Shown here: positions 17,309-23,816 of the stretch, piece by piece
Numbering within the stretch: the stretch's first letter is position 1
Layout: the number at the start of each line of letters is the position of its first letter
Source: a virus
Taxonomy: Duplodnaviria; Heunggongvirae; Uroviricota; Caudoviricetes
DNA length: 64,000 bases
Direction: 5' to 3' (one strand)
Virus record (IMG/VR): IMGVR_UViG_3300029305_011675
Notes under the pieces: model-generated
Databases searched by the model: none
The model's input: only the letters and a program-made list of their open reading frames with translations
What the model was told of the DNA's origin: nothing
Program-made: the position numbers and the translations under genes

Positions 17309-18241
17309 ATGAGAGAAAATTTAAAACAACTTATAGGCGAAGAAATTAGTGGTGTAGCAAAGTGTGTCAGAAATGGACATCGTTGCCTATTGAGAGATAT
17401 CGTAGTAGACGACTCTTGTTCTTTTGACCCAGACTTATATTTAGCAATAGAACAACACTTGTGGACAGATTCTAATGTTATTGAGAAAAACAATATAAAA
17501 CGATATTCTTATTTTCGTTTCGCTGGCTCTGTATATGAGTATAAAAGAGAAAACGACACAACAGATTATTCTATCGAATTAAAAGAAGTTGAACCGATTG
17601 ATACTTTTAAGTATTTAAAAAGCAGAATTCAGCAATGCTATTGTAGACATGTGTGTTTATTTTTTGAACACTGCTATTATAACTGCTGTGCACCACAATC
17701 AGAAAAAGATAATTTTGTTATTCCTGTATTAGAAAAGATGTTTTTAGAAGAAGCAGTCAACGATTTTGCAGAAGAATATGAATTTTCACCAAAGGATTTT
17801 CTAAAAGAAATCAGGAACAAAACTCTATTTAAAATTAGTGATGCACATATTTATCTTGGTATGAATAAGGCAGATTTTATCAAAAGATATAAGTCCAACA
17901 TTATTGAGGGCAATGAGTTTGGATATAAAATGAAACCTATTGAAGTAGATAAAATCTTCTTAACTCCAGTTATTCATTTTATGAAAAACGGGATGTGCGA
18001 TGCAATTGCATTTGAGACTAATCAAGATAATTTAAATACTGCAATTCAATATATAAATAAAAAGTATAACACAAATGTTACACTTTTTAATCACAAAGAA
18101 TTGATTGACTTATTCAAAGCAGAGATGGAATTTGGAGATATTATTTTTGGTTATTCAAAAGCACAAGAAAATCATCCTGCTTCCATTGTTATGAGTTTGT
18201 CAACACCAATATCGACATATTTCTCGGTTGGCTTACAATAA
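17309..18241 (+). CDS. Hypothetical protein (transposon cargo)
   Basis: The internal ATG has RBS taggag. 310 aa, Cys-containing, no recognisable motif. Confidence 0.5.
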   Translation: MRENLKQLIGEEISGVAKCVRNGHRCLLRDIVVDDSCSFDPDLYLAIEQHLWTDSNVIEKNNIKRYSYFRFAGSVYEYKRENDTTDYSIELKEVEPIDTFKYLKSRIQQCYCRHVCLFFEHCYYNCCAPQSEKDNFVIPVLEKMFLEEAVNDFAEEYEFSPKDFLKEIRNKTLFKISDAHIYLGMNKADFIKRYKSNIIEGNEFGYKMKPIEVDKIFLTPVIHFMKNGMCDAIAFETNQDNLNTAIQYINKKYNTNVTLFNHKELIDLFKAEMEFGDIIFGYSKAQENHPASIVMSLSTPISTYFSVGLQ

Positions 18242-18303
18242 AATATTTTTATATAAACGGAAACTTATAAAAATAAAAAACAATTTATAACACTATTAAG
18301 TTT

Positions 18304-18439
18304 TGTTTCAAAACAAGTTTCACAACATTGTAACTATCAAAGACATTATATTGCTTTGTTTTATAATAAGTTTCTAATAAATCACGAAGAAAACTATGAA
18401 AAAGCATAGTTCTGTTTCAAAATAAGTTTATAATCAACA
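18304..18439 (-). repeat. Tn7L-like end: three spaced inverted copies of the ~20-bp repeat plus the terminal 8 bp
   Basis: tgtttcaaaacaagtttcac (18304-18323), tgttttataataagtttct (18358-18376) and tgtttcaaaataagtttat (18413-18431). Each is the reverse complement of gaaactt...gaaaca. The element ends ...atcaaca at 18439. Confidence 0.75.
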
Positions 18440-18480
18440 GTAATTGTTAAATGACAATTTAATTTGAAACTAAAATTAAG

Positions 18481-18513
18481 AAACCCCGCATAACGATGCG
18501 GGGTTTCTTGTCG
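18481..18513 (+). terminator. Rho-independent terminator (native yqeY terminator displaced by the insertion)
   Basis: aaaccccgcataacgatgcggggtttcttg. Confidence 0.75.
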
Positions 18514-18672
18514 TATTGGCAATATTTTTTTGAAATAAAAAAACATATTTTATATAATCAAATTGTCCATTATTAAGAATATATTAAGGAGGGATTATGT
18601 TTTATCTTCTGCATATTGTAATGGACAAAAATAATCATTTAACTATAAAAATTTTAGGAGGAAACTAAAAAA

Positions 18673-19236
18673 ATGAAGAAAGTTGTATCTTGTATCTTGG
18701 TTGTTGTATGTATTATGTTCCTGTTTACTGCTTGTGACGCTCCCAGCGGTAGCACTGTAGACAAGACAAATACCAAGGAAATCGCAAACAAATTGCAGAC
18801 CAATCAACCTACCCCTACCGACATTGACTATTCCCTTGAGCGCTACAACCTCATTCGTCGTGCTTACTGGGTAAACGGTCAGAGAGATAAGGCAGATGCT
18901 GTTCCTTGTGCAGTAGAAAAGCCTTTGGGTTATATTGTGCTTTTCACTGAAAGTGGTGCAGTTGTCGGCAAGTTTGTTGTAGATGGTAAGGTAAGTAGTC
19001 TCAACAGTTATTTGACACCCGATAGTGAATATTTCGAAATTTCTTCTGGCAGTACCTATAAGAACGAATGGCTCACCGATGTCGATGGTTCTTATGGAGA
19101 AAATGACAGTGGTATTTTCTTCTTTGACACTATGGGCAATTACATTGAATGGACTGGCACTTATCTGTATACCGATATTCCTATGACTATCGAGAATCCT
19201 GTAATCAATTTTGATGTAACTTATGAGGAGGACTAA
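18673..19236 (+). CDS. Lipoprotein, hypothetical
   Basis: The signal peptide ends in the lipobox LFTAC. RBS aggagg. Confidence 0.6.
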   Translation: MKKVVSCILVVVCIMFLFTACDAPSGSTVDKTNTKEIANKLQTNQPTPTDIDYSLERYNLIRRAYWVNGQRDKADAVPCAVEKPLGYIVLFTESGAVVGKFVVDGKVSSLNSYLTPDSEYFEISSGSTYKNEWLTDVDGSYGENDSGIFFFDTMGNYIEWTGTYLYTDIPMTIENPVINFDVTYEED

Positions 19237-19239
19237 AAA

Positions 19240-19629
19240 ATGAATAAGACTTTAACTGTGATTATTTCCGTCGTTGTTGCTCTCGTCCTGTTTTGTGCCA
19301 TTTTCTTTGGCGCTACTCCCGCAGGCAGAGAAGTGTGGAATGGTTGGTTCAATAAGGTTCAGAAGGCCGATGATAATACCAACTATGAAACCATCAAGAA
19401 GGTAGAAGATACCTGCCGTGCTATGATTGCAAATTATGAAGCAGACAAACTGACCTACGAACAGTATAAGGACAGTGATGATGAAGAAAAGCAGTCTTGG
19501 GCGGAACAGGCAAAAATGCGTGCAAATAAAACCGCATCTTCTTACAACAATTACATCTTGCAGAACAGTCACGTATGGAAAGACAATGTCCCTGCTGACA
19601 TTTTATCCAAACTTCCGTACATCGAATAA
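19240..19629 (+). CDS. Membrane-anchored hypothetical protein
   Basis: N-terminal TM helix. RBS gaggagg. 3 nt after the previous stop. Confidence 0.55.
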   Translation: MNKTLTVIISVVVALVLFCAIFFGATPAGREVWNGWFNKVQKADDNTNYETIKKVEDTCRAMIANYEADKLTYEQYKDSDDEEKQSWAEQAKMRANKTASSYNNYILQNSHVWKDNVPADILSKLPYIE

Positions 19630-19643
19630 AGTGACAATTTGGT

Positions 19644-19675
19644 GAGGGCATCTTTGATGCCCTCATCTTTTTATG
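19644..19675 (+). terminator. Rho-independent terminator
   Basis: gagggcatctttgatgccctc + atcttttta. Confidence 0.75.
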
Positions 19676-19731
19676 CGACCAAAGCAATAAAAAAGTAAGC
19701 GCATTATGTGCTTACTTTTTTGCTTTGTATG

Positions 19732-19760
19732 TTGACATTGGGTATGTTTTATGGTATAAT
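19732..19760 (+). promoter_or_regulatory. Sigma-A promoter ttgacattgggtatgttttatggtataat
   Basis: Perfect -35, 17-bp spacer and an extended -10. A terminator hairpin sits at 19694-19726. Confidence 0.7.
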
Positions 19761-19791
19761 AAGATAAAGAACTAATAGGAGGCATATATAA

Positions 19792-20478
19792 ATGGATATT
19801 GTTATTTCTATATATAAACAATGGTCTCAAATGATTTTGAGCGGAGAAAAACCCATTGAATTTAGAACAAAATTACCCAATGATTTTAAGAGTGGCGACA
19901 AGATTTATATCTACGAAACCGCAAGATATGGTGGTGCTCGTGCTATTGTAGGCGAATGTGTTGTGGATTACATCATTCCTGTATTAAGTTCTATTAAGAA
20001 TAATAAATGGCCTATTTATGGTGCATATCCTTTCATTGACTATTATTTCGAACACATCAAGGGCGATAAGGATATCGCAGAACATTACCGTAAACTCAAG
20101 AAGGAATTCGACACATACAAAAATTATCGCTATGGTTTTATTCTTAATTATGCTTTCTGCGAAGAAGAACTCGAAAGTCTTCGCACAACTGGAAGTTTAA
20201 TTGATACTTTTAAGATTTTTGATTACGACCTCGTAAAAAAGATTATCGACAAAAACGACATTGGTAATGCAAGAATTGAGGAATGCGATAAGTGGTTGTC
20301 CAAAATCGGTTATTACAACGAATTTGACGAAACTTACTACCAATATGGTATCGTCTTGAAAGATGTTATCAAATATGATACCCCCACTCCAACCTGTGAA
20401 TTTTTAGATAGGAACGGAAATCCAATTCAAAGAGCACCTCAATCTTGGATGTACACAAAAGGAAGAAAGGAGAACTAA
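19792..20478 (+). CDS. ASCH (PUA-like) domain protein with an unknown C-terminal domain
   Basis: The N-terminus MDIVISIYKQWSQMILSGEKPIEFRT resembles the ASCH-domain N-terminal strand region. 228 aa. Confidence 0.5.
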   Translation: MDIVISIYKQWSQMILSGEKPIEFRTKLPNDFKSGDKIYIYETARYGGARAIVGECVVDYIIPVLSSIKNNKWPIYGAYPFIDYYFEHIKGDKDIAEHYRKLKKEFDTYKNYRYGFILNYAFCEEELESLRTTGSLIDTFKIFDYDLVKKIIDKNDIGNARIEECDKWLSKIGYYNEFDETYYQYGIVLKDVIKYDTPTPTCEFLDRNGNPIQRAPQSWMYTKGRKEN

Positions 20479-20479
20479 T

Positions 20480-21370
20480 ATGGGTTGCGATATTCATACA
20501 ATTGTTGAAATAAAGAAAAATGGAAAGTGGGAATATGTCCCTGACTTACCCGTTGTTTTTGACAGCAGAAGTTACGGTGTTTTTTCCATCTTAAACAGAA
20601 ATGTCCGTAACAGTTACGGACGAGATGGTTTTGAGCAAAAAGGTCTACCCCACGATGTTAGTGGTCGCCGTTTTAGATTTACTTCTCACCGAGAAGAACT
20701 CGAAAGAGCATATAACCACAAGGAGACTTTTGTCTGTTATATTGGCGGAGAAGACAAAAAATATGTTCAAGTTTATGACGAAAGTCTGAAAACCGAAATT
20801 GATTTCGAATTTTACGAAGAACTTAAGAGCGGAATGACACACGAACAGTCGCTTCGCTATTATTCTCCCACTCAAACCGCTTACCCTCAAAAGTATTTTG
20901 TACAGGATGCACAAAAAGTTGGTGGGCAATTTATGGAAATTCCCTATCGTTTCCTATATTCTGACATCAAGGAATTCAATAAAGCATATTATAATTATCC
21001 TTGGTATGATGAAGAGCAAGACTTTGGATACTATGATGTCGATTTTGACAGCGACCTCCACAGTCATTCTTATCTTTCTCTGGCAGAACTCAAAACCAAG
21101 GTAATGACTAAATCTTCCGAAAAAGAATTTTTGGTTAATAAAGAGTTTTTGGTATGTCTTAAAGAAGAATTAGGTGGCGATTTTCCCGAAACAATGATTA
21201 TTGGTGACGAAGTGGATGGCAATAACAAAGTTTCCTTTGTAGTTGACCCTTATGAAACCTGTTGCCAAGAAAATTACAATGAAGGTGTTGAAGAACTATG
21301 CAAGATTAAAGAAAAGTACAATATAGTAAACGACGAAGATATTCGTATCGTTTTTGCTTTCGATTCTTAA
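20480..21370 (+). CDS. Hypothetical protein, 'MGCDIH...IRIVFAFD' family (paralog A)
   Basis: Shares with 22736..23683 the N-terminus MGCDIH.I.EI.KNGKW, FDSR.YG.FS.L, KGLP.D.S, SYLSL.EL and the C-terminus DIRIVFAFD. Starts 2 nt after the ASCH gene. Confidence 0.6.
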   Translation: MGCDIHTIVEIKKNGKWEYVPDLPVVFDSRSYGVFSILNRNVRNSYGRDGFEQKGLPHDVSGRRFRFTSHREELERAYNHKETFVCYIGGEDKKYVQVYDESLKTEIDFEFYEELKSGMTHEQSLRYYSPTQTAYPQKYFVQDAQKVGGQFMEIPYRFLYSDIKEFNKAYYNYPWYDEEQDFGYYDVDFDSDLHSHSYLSLAELKTKVMTKSSEKEFLVNKEFLVCLKEELGGDFPETMIIGDEVDGNNKVSFVVDPYETCCQENYNEGVEELCKIKEKYNIVNDEDIRIVFAFDS

Positions 21371-21387
21371 CAAAAAGGAGTGATTTT

Positions 21388-21957
21388 GTGATTTTATGGA
21401 CTGTACAACCAGTTGAAGTTTATGAGAAAATTTTAGAAACAGGTAAATATGTTTGTGATGGTAGGCGAACCGATAAATTTTTTCGAGACAGATATAAATG
21501 GTTGTGCGAAGAAATGAAAATCAAAATCGGCAAACCTCCTAAAAATGTAACATACCCTGTTTGGGCATGGCATACAAGGGACTTCAAAAGAAAGAAACCA
21601 GACCTTCGCTCTTCATCCGAACACGGACGCCGTGGCGACAAAATGGTTTGTATGGAAATTGAAGTACCAGATAAAGATGTTCTCCTGACAGACTTCGATG
21701 CTTGGCACTTTGTTCTCAATAAATGGTATTTAAACACCAATTGTTGGGATGAAGAAACCTTTGACAAAGACCATGAATGGTTAGATAGTCTTTCGAAAGA
21801 AGAAAGAGAACATGTCATTGAAGAATCTTGGCAAGGAATTTATAATATTGAACCCAAAGAAACGGACTGGTGTGCTCGTGGGAAATGGGTACAAGCAACC
21901 TTTTGGGAACTCAAAAAAGAATATATCAAAAAAGTACAGTTTTTTACTGTTAGATAA
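21388..21957 (+). CDS. DUF3841-like protein (tentative); GTG start
   Basis: MILWTVQPVEVYEKILETGKY resembles the DUF3841 N-terminus. RBS aaaggag. Confidence 0.4.
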   Translation: MILWTVQPVEVYEKILETGKYVCDGRRTDKFFRDRYKWLCEEMKIKIGKPPKNVTYPVWAWHTRDFKRKKPDLRSSSEHGRRGDKMVCMEIEVPDKDVLLTDFDAWHFVLNKWYLNTNCWDEETFDKDHEWLDSLSKEEREHVIEESWQGIYNIEPKETDWCARGKWVQATFWELKKEYIKKVQFFTVR

Positions 21958-21960
21958 CAC

Positions 21961-21994
21961 AAAAAGCAACTTCTTTTCGAAGTTGCTTTTTTAG
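21961..21994 (+). terminator. Rho-independent terminator
   Basis: aaaaagcaacttcttttcgaagttgctttttt. Confidence 0.8.
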
Positions 21995-22026
21995 TACCCA
22001 AATCAGATACTTTTCATAAAAACAGG

Positions 22027-22055
22027 TTGACATTGAGAATACTTTGTGGTATAAT
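22027..22055 (+). promoter_or_regulatory. Sigma-A promoter ttgacattgagaatactttgtggtataat
   Basis: Consensus -35 and an extended -10. Confidence 0.7.
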
Positions 22056-22089
22056 AATATTAAAGAAAATACACAAAGGAGAATGAATT

Positions 22090-22722
22090 ATGAAGTTATA
22101 TATCTTTTCTTCTGTAAACGGTAAGATTTCTCGTGAGGAAAAGGAAGTTATTGAAAAGAACAAGATTTTTGTTGAGAAAGTTGGCATTTCTGAACGACAT
22201 TATGCAAAGAGTATGCTTGATGTTCCAGAGACCACTATTTCTTCTGTTTCTATGATTTCTTTAAATGGTCGTATTGACCACTTTGCGCAGGAAGTCTTAA
22301 AGGCGCAAAAGAATGAAATCGACAAACTTGAGAGAAAGCTCGCAGAAAAGAAAAATACACTAATTCGCTTTAAGATGAATTATGCTGGTGTATTGGAGTG
22401 TCGTGTTGAAAACGGCATTTATAATGCAGTTTCTACTCTTGAATTTAAGTACAATGGCGATATGGTCTCTGCCACCAAAGAATCTGTTGAAAATAAAACT
22501 CCCGTTCAGATTCCCCTACATCACATTGTGGACGGTGAGTTATTCTTTGAGATGATGGAAGAACACCCTTTCCTTTCCGTCTATAATATTTTTGTAAACG
22601 GAAATGCTACCAACCTTGCATTAGAAGGTTACGAAAACGGTAAGGAAAACGAATGTGTAATTTCTATGGAAAAGTTAAAGAAAATGCACGAAAAAACCAA
22701 GTTAGAAATTGATTGCGAATAA
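22090..22722 (+). CDS. Hypothetical protein
   Basis: 210 aa. RBS aaaggag. Confidence 0.55.
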   Translation: MKLYIFSSVNGKISREEKEVIEKNKIFVEKVGISERHYAKSMLDVPETTISSVSMISLNGRIDHFAQEVLKAQKNEIDKLERKLAEKKNTLIRFKMNYAGVLECRVENGIYNAVSTLEFKYNGDMVSATKESVENKTPVQIPLHHIVDGELFFEMMEEHPFLSVYNIFVNGNATNLALEGYENGKENECVISMEKLKKMHEKTKLEIDCE

Positions 22723-22735
22723 GGAGGAAATTTAA

Positions 22736-23683
22736 ATGGGTTGCGATATTCATATTATCACAGAAATCAGAAAAAATGGCAAATGGCAATGGGTAAAAGA
22801 AATCCCAGAATCATTTGACAGCAGAAATTATGGTCTTTTTTCAGTTCTTGCAGGTGTAAGAAACTCTTTCAACATCAAGGGCTTTGAAGCGAAGGGTCTC
22901 CCCGAAGACATCAGTGCAATGAAATTTGACTTCGAAACTTACACAAACAGAGCAAAAGAAAGATTTTATGACGACAATGATGGTCAAATCCTCTTTGTTG
23001 ACAAAGACGGTAATTACCACGAACCTTCTGCTGTTGAGAAAACTCATCTCACAAAAGAGGAATATGAGACACTCAATGTAAAACAAAGAACAGAAGTTGA
23101 TACATTTGATAAGCAGTATAATTCTCTCGGTTATACTCAAAGCGGAAATCAGACACCCGATTATTATGTTCGAGATGCTTATGCAAATGGTGGTCGCTTT
23201 GAACGGATTCCTCACTATAAGTATTACCCCAATATTGAAGCATTTCTAAAAGATTACTACGAAGACGACTGGGATGAAGAAATGCAAGATTATGGTCGCT
23301 GGAGAGTAAACTTCGAATACTGCGGTCCTCACGGCGATTACCACACCCCAAGTTTCCTTTCTCTCCACGAACTCATCACTGCTGATTTGAAGGACTATTA
23401 TTCTGACAAATACAAGATGGATGTTGCTTTTTATGAAGCATTCAAGAGAATGGGCGGAACTCTTCCCGAAGGTATGACCGTTCAGGAATTCACTCCTGAA
23501 ACTTTGCAGGATGTTTTTCAGTCTGCACTTTGCCCAGTTATTTTGGTAGTCTGGGAAAAGGACGAAGAGGCAAAGAAAGAAACTGCACTTTACTGTGGTA
23601 TCGAAGAAATGAAAGAAATCGCAAAGAAGTACGGCATCGACGACCCTAACGACATTCGTATTGTATTTGCATTCGATAATTAA
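22736..23683 (+). CDS. Hypothetical protein, 'MGCDIH...IRIVFAFD' family (paralog B)
   Basis: Same terminal and internal motifs as 20480..21370. RBS aaggagg. Confidence 0.6.
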   Translation: MGCDIHIITEIRKNGKWQWVKEIPESFDSRNYGLFSVLAGVRNSFNIKGFEAKGLPEDISAMKFDFETYTNRAKERFYDDNDGQILFVDKDGNYHEPSAVEKTHLTKEEYETLNVKQRTEVDTFDKQYNSLGYTQSGNQTPDYYVRDAYANGGRFERIPHYKYYPNIEAFLKDYYEDDWDEEMQDYGRWRVNFEYCGPHGDYHTPSFLSLHELITADLKDYYSDKYKMDVAFYEAFKRMGGTLPEGMTVQEFTPETLQDVFQSALCPVILVVWEKDEEAKKETALYCGIEEMKEIAKKYGIDDPNDIRIVFAFDN

Positions 23684-23708
23684 ATGTGTTAATACTATGT
23701 CTTATTAC

Positions 23709-23749
23709 AGAACCACTTTCTTTGAAAGTGGTTCTTTTGTATGTTTTTT
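23709..23749 (+). terminator. Rho-independent terminator
   Basis: gaaccactttctttgaaagtggttc + ttttgtatgtttttt. Confidence 0.8.
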
Positions 23750-23760
23750 GTATTTTCTGG

Positions 23761-23789
23761 TTGACATTCGCAGTGTTTTATGGTATAAT
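23761..23789 (+). promoter_or_regulatory. Sigma-A promoter ttgacattcgcagtgttttatggtataat
   Basis: Consensus -35 and an extended -10. Confidence 0.7.
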
Positions 23790-23816
23790 TATATTAAAGA
23801 AAAAGGAGGAATTGAT

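Larger units (their letters stand above)
6045..18439. mobile_element. Tn7-like (TnsB/TnsC/TniQ) transposon, 12,395 bp, flanked by the 5-bp TSD GTAAT (6040-6044 and 18440-18444)
   Basis: The termini are 5'-TGT...ACA-3'. The 27-nt terminal segments are imperfect inverted repeats: 6045-6071 tgtaaaatagaaacttaaaccgaaaca versus the reverse complement of 18413-18439, tgttgattataaacttattttgaaaca. One end carries a contiguous array of sites and the other a spaced array. tnsB-tnsC-tniQ lie inside. Deleting the element restores the yqeY stop codon followed ~40 bp later by its terminator. Confidence 0.8.

Noticed and set aside
18597-18668. 23-aa mini-ORF (MFYLLHIVMDKNNHLTIKILGGN) with an RBS upstream of the lipoprotein gene
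   Set aside because: It is too short and AT-rich to distinguish from chance. It is possibly a leader peptide, but there is no supporting evidence.
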